Virus record (IMG/VR): IMGVR_UViG_3300044655_001643
DNA from: a virus
Length of the DNA stretch: 64,000 nt
Strand: one strand, 5' to 3'
How positions within the stretch are numbered: the stretch's first letter is position 1; each line of letters begins with the position of its first letter. The position numbers and the translations under genes are program-made. Below the pieces are notes generated by a model. It made no database searches and was not told the DNA's origin. It saw nothing but the letters and a program-made list of their open reading frames with translations. Positions 31,412-40,902 of this stretch are shown piece by piece.

Positions 31412-33474
31412 TATGATGCCATTTTTTCAAGCGTTGTTACAATTGAAGTTGCATCAGCGTCATCTATGGTAATGATTGAGTTTCTGGTAGATTCAATCAC
31501 ACCTTCTTCCGAAACGGCAGTAAATCTCAACAAGCCATCACTTGAAGATACCGAAAGAACTCTCAAATCGTTTAGAGTAATGATACCAGTATCATAGTTG
31601 ATTTCGCCAACATTTTCATCGATGATTTGTCGATTAGCGTTGGCATCATAATAAATGACTCTCAGTGTGCCAATTTTCGAATCAATCACTGCTGTTGCTG
31701 ATCCACTGAAACCACCTCCACCAGTAATACTCACAGTCGCCCGTGTGTAATCTGTGCCACGATTTACCATGCGAATTTGTGTAATTGCACCACCCTCAAT
31801 AATTGCTTCGGCAATTGCACCAGTTCCATCACCAGAAATTGTTACAGTTGGTGTTGAAGTGTAACCGTAACCAGGATTTATGATTTCAATCGATGAAACA
31901 CCAGTAAATGATTGTGGTATTTCTTCAATAATTGCTGTTCTTGCCACACCAGTGGCATCGAAAACAGAAAATTCTGTTGTTGTCAGTCTATCTGCAAGTG
32001 TTCCTCTCTTGATTGGAACGCCAAATGTTATAGTGTAATTAGAACTTTGATTGAGTTCTGGCACAATTCTTTTTTGGAGTTTGACTGTTGTTTCCGAACC
32101 AATAATAGCATTTGTATCTACACCATCAATTTGATCTTGCACTTTTGAAAGAGCAAATATGGCATTGAACTTATTCAAATAAGTTTGTTTGTATCCAACA
32201 ATTGCATTTCTAATTTGTGTAGTAAGTTGTGTTTCAGTGAAAGTCGTTTTCTTTGAATCATACTTGACTTGATTATTGAGCAGTATATACAGATAATCAG
32301 GATCTCTAATCTCCGCACTTACCGAAATAATTGATTTTGGTCCAACAATCTCATCAAGAATTCGTTGCTTCTCTGCTTCACTCAGATAATAGTTATCTTT
32401 TGGTTTTAGAGAAATAAAAACTTTACCGTACACTCTAGGTATCTCATCTTCACCGCCCCAAACTGATAATGAATCAATTGATGGATAATTTTTCTTGATA
32501 TACGACTCGTAATCTTTTACTGTAACAAGACGGTTCTGTGTCGTATACTGAAGGGGTGCTGAAAACTTTATTTCATCTACACTTTCACGTTCGGCACCAC
32601 CAGCAGCAGCACTTATAGGTGTGATAATAAAATCACTTTGAGAATTTCCAAGAGAGTCTGCTAAGGATGAAGTTGCAACAAAGTTATTTGCTTTGTTTGC
32701 AGCATCAGCATTTGTAACAAGATACGAAATATTGACAACTGCGCCATCAGGTAATTTTTTACCAATTATACCACCACCAAAATATATTTGATACTGCTGA
32801 TTTCTATTCTCTTGTAAATAGAAAACTTCAGATTGCGTTGATGTATTGCTTGCATCTAGGGCCAGCGTATAAACTGAAATTTGTGTATTTGTTGAAGATG
32901 GCTGAACAGTTACAGCAATTGTGGATGTGTCTACACTTGTATCGGGCAATGTAAAAATTTGTTTAGGATTTGTTGCTTCATTATGATTGAATGAATATGA
33001 TGCTAACTGTCCTTCGTAAATTGGCAAATTGGCAAAAGTGAAATCATTGTTGGCTTTTGTCACTGTTGTTTCCGATAAAGTAACAAAACCATAACTAACG
33101 CCGTCTATTTCATTGGATAAAAATCTAAATCCTTTAGGTATAGTTAGAGTTGCCGCAGCATTTGAACTCGTATTTGCCGTGAAGTTGATTGTTGCAATCG
33201 GTGCTTTACGTGAGTATGGAACATAACCCAAAACTTTGGCATGAGAGACTACCGAGTCTCTAAGCAATGCGGTGTCCATGAATGCTTCGTTGGCAATCAT
33301 GTTCAAATAATATGCTTGATAGTGGGTGTTGTAAGCTAAAATATCGAGCAAAACAGACAGACCTGATCCTTCAAAATCATAGTCCGTAAATTCAGTTTGT
33401 TGATTTAGAAATGTCTTTAGATTTTGTTTGATTGTGTCAAAATCTAATTCAGTTACTCTTAGTCTATCTGCCAT
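31411..33474 (-). CDS. gp6: Baseplate wedge subunit gp6
   Basis: ELDFDTIKQNLK...FTDYDFEGSGLSVLLDILAYNTHY; QNRLVTVKDY. Confidence 0.93.
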   Translation of the reverse strand: MADRLRVTELDFDTIKQNLKTFLNQQTEFTDYDFEGSGLSVLLDILAYNTHYQAYYLNMIANEAFMDTALLRDSVVSHAKVLGYVPYSRKAPIATINFTANTSSNAAATLTIPKGFRFLSNEIDGVSYGFVTLSETTVTKANNDFTFANLPIYEGQLASYSFNHNEATNPKQIFTLPDTSVDTSTIAVTVQPSSTNTQISVYTLALDASNTSTQSEVFYLQENRNQQYQIYFGGGIIGKKLPDGAVVNISYLVTNADAANKANNFVATSSLADSLGNSQSDFIITPISAAAGGAERESVDEIKFSAPLQYTTQNRLVTVKDYESYIKKNYPSIDSLSVWGGEDEIPRVYGKVFISLKPKDNYYLSEAEKQRILDEIVGPKSIISVSAEIRDPDYLYILLNNQVKYDSKKTTFTETQLTTQIRNAIVGYKQTYLNKFNAIFALSKVQDQIDGVDTNAIIGSETTVKLQKRIVPELNQSSNYTITFGVPIKRGTLADRLTTTEFSVFDATGVARTAIIEEIPQSFTGVSSIEIINPGYGYTSTPTVTISGDGTGAIAEAIIEGGAITQIRMVNRGTDYTRATVSITGGGGFSGSATAVIDSKIGTLRVIYYDANANRQIIDENVGEINYDTGIITLNDLRVLSVSSSDGLLRFTAVSEEGVIESTRNSIITIDDADATSIVTTLEKMAS

Positions 33475-33476
33475 TT

Positions 33477-33899
33477 TTATCTAATTCTCTCTAAGAAGAA
33501 ATCAATGGTAATTGGTATTGGATTATTTACTATTACAAAAGTAAGCGTTATCGCATATGCGTTTTCGTCAGGAGATGCTTGCGCTCTAATGTTTGTTACC
33601 GTAACTCTTGGCTCATAATTTGAGATTGTCTCTGCAATTGCTCTTTCAAGCCTTGACGCTACTAAAGGATCGACGTTTTCAAATAAAAGATTACGAACCG
33701 ATGAGCCTATTTCGGGTCTAAAAGGCTTTTCATAAAAATTGGTCGAAACCAGATTCTTGACTGAATTTATAATCGCATACTCGTTGATGTGCTTTGACAC
33801 ATCTTTTTTTACTGGATGCAAAGTAAAATTCAAGTCTAAATCTTTGAATATCCTTTCAGAAGATATTCTTGGATTATTGGAAGTTATTGTGCTTGACAT
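33477..33899 (-). CDS. gp25: Baseplate wedge subunit gp25
   Basis: FKDLDLNF..HP...AI.NSVKNLV.T...EKPF.P..GS...I.NYEPRV. Confidence 0.92.
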   Translation of the reverse strand: MSSTITSNNPRISSERIFKDLDLNFTLHPVKKDVSKHINEYAIINSVKNLVSTNFYEKPFRPEIGSSVRNLLFENVDPLVASRLERAIAETISNYEPRVTVTNIRAQASPDENAYAITLTFVIVNNPIPITIDFFLERIR

Positions 33900-33910
33900 C
33901 TTCTATTTAT

Positions 33911-34840
33911 TCAGTCTCCGATAAACACTGTTCCCGAACCAGTCTGAATTGTTCCAGTGTCTGGTCCATTTGTTTCAGTATCATTATCTCTTGTAGTATC
34001 ACCAATTCTGGCGGCTCCATTATTACCATCATTGAGATTGATTGTTTTACCATTTATTCTTATATCGCCAGTAACATTCAAGTCGTAGTCTCCATCAACA
34101 TATATCTTTACATCACCTTTGATATAAACTTCTTCATCTCCAATTACGACAGTGTACTTGTTTCTTTGTATTCTTTCTGCTCTGTCACCCTCTGGTCCCC
34201 ATTCAACATAAGAGCCCGAACGATGATATAAATGAACTCGTTCTGAACCTTTTGTGTCATCAAACTCTAGTGCATGGCCCGATTCTGATTCATATACATT
34301 ATTATATGGATACTTGGCATTGTAATATGGATTAGGCTCAACTTTACTTGCCTTCTTCGATCTTTTTGCCGCTACAATTTCTGATGGATAGTCGGCATCA
34401 TTTCTTGCAAGTCTTGATGTTGTTGGCTCATCTAACTTACGTGGATAATTAGTTGCAGATTCGTATGGCTTTACTGGAGCATCAGAAAGTTCAGCAGAAG
34501 TTCTTGGATCTGTAAACGGCTCCTGATTGTTTGCTGCTCTTAGTGGTATGCCAGGAAAAGAACCAAGCATCACAGGCTCTTGAGCATTTTCTCCATCAAC
34601 AAAGAAACCAAACACCATATCTCCTTCTTTGGGAGTATATACAACATTGGTGTTTACTGGTATGTTTGGTATAGCCCAAGGTAACATATCCGTAGCAAGT
34701 TGCATTTTATTTGCAGAATGCCAACCAACACAACGAACACGGCAACGACCTAACTTGAGTGGATCTTTTCTGTCCTCTACGACACCAACCCACCAAATAA
34801 AGTTTGCTCTGCCAGCAAAATCGTATGCGCTTGAATTCAT
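33911..34840 (-). CDS. gp5: Baseplate central spike gp5 (no lysozyme domain)
   Basis: OB fold WWVGVVEDRKDPLKLGRCRVR; YPYNNVYESESGH..EFDDT...ERVHLYHRSG; short beta-helix. Confidence 0.9.
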   Translation of the reverse strand: MNSSAYDFAGRANFIWWVGVVEDRKDPLKLGRCRVRCVGWHSANKMQLATDMLPWAIPNIPVNTNVVYTPKEGDMVFGFFVDGENAQEPVMLGSFPGIPLRAANNQEPFTDPRTSAELSDAPVKPYESATNYPRKLDEPTTSRLARNDADYPSEIVAAKRSKKASKVEPNPYYNAKYPYNNVYESESGHALEFDDTKGSERVHLYHRSGSYVEWGPEGDRAERIQRNKYTVVIGDEEVYIKGDVKIYVDGDYDLNVTGDIRINGKTINLNDGNNGAARIGDTTRDNDTETNGPDTGTIQTGSGTVFIGD

Positions 34841-36166
34841 TTACGTGCTTTTGAGTAATTCATTTTGTTGAGGATTGCTTGTGTAGATTTCTGGATTATT
34901 TGTTGAATCGGTAGCAATCTCAATCAAAGTTTCATGCTTATTGGTTGTTATAGTATGTCTTGCTGCTATAATCAGATATTTTCCATTCAAAGAAAGATCA
35001 TCGTTTGTCGAATCTTTAGTTTTTCTATTGAAGCCGGATGTCAACACATCTACATTGAATCCAGAAGTTAGTTGAAAATTACCAGGTAAAACTACTTTCA
35101 ATCTTTTTGCGGTTAGATTTTTGAAAATTGCTTTTCTCTGAAAAAGAAAACTTTCATAATTCTCCACTTTAGAGATTGAATCTGGATCATATTTTTTGAT
35201 ATATGAACTGTTCTTTCTGTTTGCACCAAAAATACTCAATACTTTTCTTGAATCTACTGATGTCAAATTAGTCGTGTTATCTTTATTGAATATCTCTGCT
35301 ATATTTGGAGTTTTATTCAAATGTTCGACAAGATTATAATGTTCATCGAATGAAACATTTTTCTCAGCAAAACTTTTGGTCAGAGGATCGAAACCAATAA
35401 ATTTACCAGCATTTACGCCACTTTTGATTTTGTCAATAGAATCATTTTGCATTACAACTTCAAATGCTCTAGCACTGCTCATCTCAACCAAAGCATCATT
35501 TTGAGATAAATTTTTAGGGTCAAAGTTGACTTTCAAAATTGAGTCTTTATTCAAAAGAGATGATAAAGAAACATAATTGTAGCCAAAAATATTAGAAAAG
35601 AAAATAAAGCTAGGAGCATTTCTATTATCCAATGAACGTTTAGCACACCACTCTATTGCCTCGATAGGAGATAAATTCGGTATTACGACTTTTCTGATGC
35701 CAAAAGAATTCTCGATTATACCTTTGTCCCTATTTTCCAGCTTCAAATAAGATGATAAAATTTTCTGTACAATATCCGAATATGTTGATTGGTAACTTTG
35801 ATTTATCTTTTGTTGTAGAGAAAAAACAAATTCATCGGCAACAAAATGTAGAATATATTTTTCAGCAGATTGATTTACGTTTTTACGATCGGTCTGCTTG
35901 TATATTCTAAATGATTTTGTAAACGATAAAAAGTTAGAACTCTTTTCAATATCAAACAAAATAACTTCTGAACCATCAAAACTCAAAGATTTGGAAAGTC
36001 CAACTGCATCTGTTATCAGAATATTTCCAGTCATCATTGGCATGAACAATGAATCGTAAATGTTGATCTCATCATATACAGCAGAAACGTCAATCGATCC
36101 ACCTTTAGACATAATGGAAATCTTTTTTACTTTGAACTGCGTTGAATCTTGTAAAGTTGTAGTCAT
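34841..36166 (-). CDS. Probable baseplate hub protein (gp27-like)
   Basis: 441 aa between gp53 and gp5; IYDSLF...G.ILI.D; PGNF.L..G..V...LNGKYLI...RH hub-type motifs. Confidence 0.6.
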   Translation of the reverse strand: MTTTLQDSTQFKVKKISIMSKGGSIDVSAVYDEINIYDSLFMPMMTGNILITDAVGLSKSLSFDGSEVILFDIEKSSNFLSFTKSFRIYKQTDRKNVNQSAEKYILHFVADEFVFSLQQKINQSYQSTYSDIVQKILSSYLKLENRDKGIIENSFGIRKVVIPNLSPIEAIEWCAKRSLDNRNAPSFIFFSNIFGYNYVSLSSLLNKDSILKVNFDPKNLSQNDALVEMSSARAFEVVMQNDSIDKIKSGVNAGKFIGFDPLTKSFAEKNVSFDEHYNLVEHLNKTPNIAEIFNKDNTTNLTSVDSRKVLSIFGANRKNSSYIKKYDPDSISKVENYESFLFQRKAIFKNLTAKRLKVVLPGNFQLTSGFNVDVLTSGFNRKTKDSTNDDLSLNGKYLIIAARHTITTNKHETLIEIATDSTNNPEIYTSNPQQNELLKST

Positions 36167-36825
36167 TCTCTAATAATCTGTTTGAATTCTTCGAAAACAT
36201 CAGATGCAAATTCTGGTTTCAATAATCTGATCTTTCTCTTATCTTCATTCACTTGCATTTCATATTCATAATATGTCAACTTTTCTTTTGCAACAGCTTC
36301 AGTTATTGTCTTTCCATTTTGAAGAGTATATGTGACTGAACCGACAATTACATTAGCATAATTGTTTGCTGTTATTTGAACCTTTTCTTTGATTGTCTTG
36401 GTATCAAATGTCTGAGAAACAGAACTTCTTGTGTTTACCTGATAATAAGAATGGATGTTATTTTCGCTTTTTGCCCACTGTAGTCCAGTTTGAACTGTGG
36501 TATTTGCTGCTCCATTTGCCGAATATTTTTCATTTACATAGTCTATGAAATTGGAATAATTCATTGGCCAATCATACTGAGGATCAATAATATTATTGAA
36601 TATCAAAACTACCCAATGTCTTTCAGAACTTCCATAAAGTTTGTATGCGATTGATTCTGGAGTGTCTGAGTCTTTTATTTCGTATGGATAGAAAACATTA
36701 GAGTTTTCTTTGAGTGAAGATTCAAATGCAAATCTTGAAGTGATGTTTGTTACAACATCAAGTGCATTGACACTTTCATCAACCTTATAAAATGTTGCTG
36801 GAAAAAAATTGAAATAGTTTGCCAT
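36163..36825 (-). CDS. gp53: Baseplate wedge protein gp53
   Basis: YFNFFP...Y.IKDSDTPESIAYKLYG....HWVVLIFN.IIDP..DWP...YEYE...NE.KR.I.LLKP. Confidence 0.9.
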   Translation of the reverse strand: MANYFNFFPATFYKVDESVNALDVVTNITSRFAFESSLKENSNVFYPYEIKDSDTPESIAYKLYGSSERHWVVLIFNNIIDPQYDWPMNYSNFIDYVNEKYSANGAANTTVQTGLQWAKSENNIHSYYQVNTRSSVSQTFDTKTIKEKVQITANNYANVIVGSVTYTLQNGKTITEAVAKEKLTYYEYEMQVNEDKRKIRLLKPEFASDVFEEFKQIIRE

Positions 36826-36831
36826 TTTTTA

Positions 36832-38166
36832 TTATTTTCTAGAAAAAATTCCTCCGTTTTGGGTTTTCAATTGTTCAACATCTACTTTTGTTGAACCGTA
36901 ACCTTGAGCGGAAGTAAAATCTTCTTTGGTAACATAAGTTGTTTCTCTGAACTGAAGAGTCAATTGAATACCGACTGGCATACCTGTGCGACCTATATCA
37001 GGATTATTTTCACCAGGAACTTCATATGCTGCCCATCCTCTTGGTGTGTAGTTCACTTGAATGTTTTCTAACACACACGAAGCAATCGGAGGAATGTTTG
37101 GATTCTGGCGTCCTGCATAGAAAAACTGAATGTCGAACTCTGATGGTGGTATCAAAAGACCAGATTGTTTGCCTGAAATCTTTTCTAGCTCTGGCGCCTG
37201 ATGAAAACGAAAACGTTCAATAATCTTTTGAACTTCCAGTGCTTCTCTCTCATCACGTGGCCAAAAGAAAAACTCAAATTGAAATTGACGAAAATCTGGT
37301 GAGTTGTAAATCAATTCCAACATTGGGTTGACTACTCGACCTGTTACACCAAAAACACCTAGACGAGTTGTATCTGTAGCACCAGTTGTTCCACCAATAA
37401 CTCTTTCACCAAGTGCTTGCAATGCACCTGTTTTTTTGATTGCTTCAAGTGCTGCTTTGCCACCACCTGATTTATAAGTATCAACTAAACCGGGTAAAGC
37501 AACAAGTGCTTGTCCCAAAAGTTCTTTGCCCGGAGATAAACCATCATAAGACTGCCGACTATCAAACTGAATTGTGTCGGGCATGTACAGTGCAATAGAA
37601 TCAGTTGTCAACTGTGTTTTATTGATAAATGCAAAAGGTGTTTTATCTGTAATTCTTTTGACTGAACTTGTAATATTGTCGTTTATTTTTTGTTCACTGC
37701 CATATAAAGGAACTGAAGCTGACGTTGTATTTGTTCCTATCCATCCCTCAATACCAGAACGAACTTTCTGTCCTACATTTCCTCCATACTGGCCAATTTT
37801 TTGCGCTACACCAGAAATCCCATTTTGAACTTCTCTGTTTATTTTATCAGCAAAAGAATTGACTACTTTGCTTGGATTTGTTGCACGTGCAACAGAAACT
37901 CCTCTGGACAATTGATCCTGAATAGCACTTTCAGCGTTTGAATCAAAGACTTGACCGCCACGATATGCAGAAGAAAACTGTGTCTCTTTTTGTTGACGTA
38001 CAAAAAAGATCATATAATGACCTTTGTCAGCACTGCCTACATCTAGAGGATACTTCAGAGCGTTTTGTTTGAATCCTCCGCTTGTGGCATCTAATACGGA
38101 AAGAGGACCAAAAGAACGAGTTTCATCGTAGTTGAATCTTATTTCTGAAAGACCGAAAAATGCCAT
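36832..38166 (-). CDS. gp48: Baseplate tail-tube cap gp48
   Basis: IALYMP...NP.LEL.Y..PDFR.F.F.F.F.PR...EA...I...F. Confidence 0.85.
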   Translation of the reverse strand: MAFFGLSEIRFNYDETRSFGPLSVLDATSGGFKQNALKYPLDVGSADKGHYMIFFVRQQKETQFSSAYRGGQVFDSNAESAIQDQLSRGVSVARATNPSKVVNSFADKINREVQNGISGVAQKIGQYGGNVGQKVRSGIEGWIGTNTTSASVPLYGSEQKINDNITSSVKRITDKTPFAFINKTQLTTDSIALYMPDTIQFDSRQSYDGLSPGKELLGQALVALPGLVDTYKSGGGKAALEAIKKTGALQALGERVIGGTTGATDTTRLGVFGVTGRVVNPMLELIYNSPDFRQFQFEFFFWPRDEREALEVQKIIERFRFHQAPELEKISGKQSGLLIPPSEFDIQFFYAGRQNPNIPPIASCVLENIQVNYTPRGWAAYEVPGENNPDIGRTGMPVGIQLTLQFRETTYVTKEDFTSAQGYGSTKVDVEQLKTQNGGIFSRK

Positions 38167-38184
38167 GAGAATTCCTGTGAGTTG

Positions 38185-38201
38185 ACTAGATAGTATTTAT
38201 G
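38185..38201. promoter_or_regulatory. Back-to-back late promoters (CATAAATA on minus for gp48; ACTAGATA on plus for gp4)
   Basis: Lies in the 32-bp divergent gap between gp48 and gp4. Confidence 0.55.
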
Positions 38202-38630
38202 TCAAATAAAGGAAGATTTAGACCGAAAAACCCGCAGAAATACAAGGGTGATGCCGCCAATATTATCTACAGATCCACGTGGGAAATAAAGGTGATGAGA
38301 TATTTGGATGAGAATCCAAACATCATTTGGTGGGGTTCCGAAGAGTTGCCTATACCGTATCTTAGTCCAATCGACAAGAAAAAGCACCGATATTTCCCAG
38401 ACTTCATTGCCAAAATCCGTAAAAATGATGGCAAAGTGATGACTTACATTATTGAAGTCAAGCCAGAAAAACAAACAAAACCTCCAACACAGAAACGCAA
38501 AACAAAGACGTTCATTCAAGAATCAATGACGTATGAAGTCAACAAAGCCAAGTGGTATGCTGCCGAAGAGTTCTGCAAAGATCATGGCTGGCAGTTTCTT
38601 ATACTGACAGAAAAACATCTGGGTATCTAA
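38199..38630 (+). CDS. gp4: Head completion nuclease gp4
   Basis: KGRFRPKNPQKYKGD...IYRSTWE...WGSEEL.IPY...RYFPDF...IEVKP. Confidence 0.93.
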   Translation: MSNKGRFRPKNPQKYKGDAANIIYRSTWEIKVMRYLDENPNIIWWGSEELPIPYLSPIDKKKHRYFPDFIAKIRKNDGKVMTYIIEVKPEKQTKPPTQKRKTKTFIQESMTYEVNKAKWYAAEEFCKDHGWQFLILTEKHLGI

Positions 38631-38642
38631 GATAAATACTCG

Positions 38643-39227
38643 ATGGCTAAAAAACTAATAGACAGAGTAAAAGAGTCGCTGGCAAAATCTGGTTATGAAC
38701 CACGCACACGTGACGCTCGTAGATGGCTAAGAACAAAGATACCAAGTCTTAGACCAACAAAGGGTGAACTGATGCGTGATCGTCAGAGACTCCGAGACAA
38801 GTCTTTTATTGGCCGAATGTATTTTTATTACTATGATCCTAAAACAAAGGACACGCTGCCATATTACGACAAGTTCCCATTGGTCATACCAATAGAACGA
38901 TACTCAGACGGTTTTCTAGGGTTGAATTTACATTACATTCACCCAAAGCAGCGTATAGTCCTATTAGATAAACTTAGTACCATATTGAATAATCATAGCT
39001 ATGATGAGACAACAAAACTGAGAATAAGTTATGATTATTTGGCAAGAGCAACAAAAGTTTTTTCTCAAGCCAAACCCTGCATCAAGCGATATTTGTTTAG
39101 TCATATACAATCTCGATTTTTAGAAATTACAGCAGATGAGTGGGACATTGCCGTCATGTTACCAGTAGAGTCATTTGCCAAAGCAAGTGCCAGCCAAGTC
39201 TGGTCAGAATCAAAGGACAAATACTAA
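38643..39227 (+). CDS. gp2: DNA end protector gp2
   Basis: GRMYFYYYDPKTKDTLPYYDKFPLV...GFLGLNLHY; late promoter GATAAATA at 38631..38638. Confidence 0.92.
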   Translation: MAKKLIDRVKESLAKSGYEPRTRDARRWLRTKIPSLRPTKGELMRDRQRLRDKSFIGRMYFYYYDPKTKDTLPYYDKFPLVIPIERYSDGFLGLNLHYIHPKQRIVLLDKLSTILNNHSYDETTKLRISYDYLARATKVFSQAKPCIKRYLFSHIQSRFLEITADEWDIAVMLPVESFAKASASQVWSESKDKY

Positions 39228-39955
39228 TGTCGTTTTCACCAAATTTATTCTTATCGAACATCAAAGGCAAAGATGGTCTAGCTCGTCCATGTCGATATGA
39301 AGTAATACTTCCTGTTCCTGATTATATTGGTAAATATGTAAAAAATTCTGTCATTGAAAGAATTCTAAACTTACCTAACTCTGCTTTTTCTGAAATATCA
39401 GAAGCAATAGGAAATGCTCTAGGTCAAAAAAATGATGCACAGAAAAGTGCCAATCCTGGAATGACAAGATATCTTGCTTTGCAGTGTGAAACTGCTGAAC
39501 TGCCAGGCAAAACACTTCAAACTGAAGATGTGAAGATATATGGTCCTACTTTCAAAGTTCCTTATCAGACCCAATATGCTGAAACATCTTTGACGTTTTT
39601 ATGCACAAATGAATTTTACGAACGTAAATTGTTTGATCGTTGGATGGAAGCAATCATGCCAACAGATACAAACAACTTACGCTTTCCGAAAGGCAGCAAT
39701 TCAAGATACTTGACACAAATTACAATAACACAATTTGATGATCTTATCAAGCAAATATATGCAGTGAATCTAATTGACGCATTTCCAATAGGTGTTGCAG
39801 CACAGCCTCTCAGTTGGGGAGAAGAAGGCTTTCATCGTTTGACTATTCAGTTTGCATATCAAAGATACGAAACGATTTATGAAGGAAAATACAATCTTGG
39901 CGCCACAGCAGCATCTCTACTCGGAATAGGTACTGCAAGGGCTCTATCACTATAA
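39227..39955 (+). CDS. gp54: Baseplate tail-tube initiator gp54-like (gp19 fold)
   Basis: Start at ATG 39227 overlaps the gp2 stop; GLARP.RY...CETAELPG...YGP...L.DAFP. Confidence 0.75.
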   Translation: MSFSPNLFLSNIKGKDGLARPCRYEVILPVPDYIGKYVKNSVIERILNLPNSAFSEISEAIGNALGQKNDAQKSANPGMTRYLALQCETAELPGKTLQTEDVKIYGPTFKVPYQTQYAETSLTFLCTNEFYERKLFDRWMEAIMPTDTNNLRFPKGSNSRYLTQITITQFDDLIKQIYAVNLIDAFPIGVAAQPLSWGEEGFHRLTIQFAYQRYETIYEGKYNLGATAASLLGIGTARALSL

Positions 39956-39973
39956 TCTTACCGTGAGGATATT

Positions 39974-40708
39974 ATGTTACCAAAAATAGATGTACCGATT
40001 TATGAACTAGCTTTACCTTTGACAAAGAAAGTAATTCAATTTCGACCGTTTCTTGTCAAAGAAGAGAAAATTCTGTTGATGGCAATGGAATCAAATGAAG
40101 CAGATTCTATTCTGTTAGCAGTGAAACAGATACTAACAAATTGCTGTTTATCTGATTTGAATATTGATGACTTACCAATTACTGATATAGAGTTTTTGTT
40201 TCTGAATCTTCGTGCCCGGTCAGTCAACGAAGTTGTTGAATTGCCTTATCGCTGTAACAACAAAGTCAGCGCTGATGGTGAAGAAAAAGAGTGTGGAAAT
40301 ATTGTTACACTTGAGATGAATTTGCTCGATATTCATCCAGAAGTACATAAAGAAAAAATCGATCAAATTCCACTCAGCGCAACGATGGGTCTGCTAATCA
40401 AGTATCCGTCGTTCAAGATGGTAGAAGAAGCACAGAAACAAGAGGGTTCAGAAGTTGATAAACTTATGAATATTCTGATAGCTTGTATTGATGGGGTTTA
40501 TACAGAAGAAACTATCTTTTATTCCAAAGATGTTCCTAAGAAAGAACTTGTTGAATTTGTTGAGAACTTGACACGTGAACAGTTCAGCAAAATACAAGAG
40601 TTTTTTGAGACAATGCCTAAAATCAAAAAAGATGTAGACTTCCATTGTTCAAAATGTGGATATGATGAAAAGATTACGATAGAGGGCCTACAAAGTTTTT
40701 TCGTATAA
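39974..40708 (+). CDS. gp26: Baseplate hub assembly protein gp26
   Basis: LPKI..P.YEL.LP...FRPFLVKEEKILLMA...DIEFLFL.LRARSV.E...IEGLQSFF. Confidence 0.9.
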   Translation: MLPKIDVPIYELALPLTKKVIQFRPFLVKEEKILLMAMESNEADSILLAVKQILTNCCLSDLNIDDLPITDIEFLFLNLRARSVNEVVELPYRCNNKVSADGEEKECGNIVTLEMNLLDIHPEVHKEKIDQIPLSATMGLLIKYPSFKMVEEAQKQEGSEVDKLMNILIACIDGVYTEETIFYSKDVPKKELVEFVENLTREQFSKIQEFFETMPKIKKDVDFHCSKCGYDEKITIEGLQSFFV

Positions 40709-40899
40709 TGTTTTGTTATGATAATTTGAAAAACTATTTTGATACCAACTTTGCTCTGATGCAGCATCACAAATATAGTCTTTATGATATTGAGCAGATG
40801 TTGCCTTGGGAAAAAAGTGTTTATGTAACGATGTTAGTAAACTTCATAAAAGAAGAAAACGAAAAATTGCAACAAGAAAAGATTTCAAATAAGAGATAA
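40708..40899 (+). CDS. gp51: Baseplate hub assembly catalyst gp51-like
   Basis: NYF.TNFALMQHHKYSL.DIE.MLPWE..VYV. Confidence 0.85.
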   Translation: MFCYDNLKNYFDTNFALMQHHKYSLYDIEQMLPWEKSVYVTMLVNFIKEENEKLQQEKISNKR

Positions 40900-40902
40900 A
40901 AA

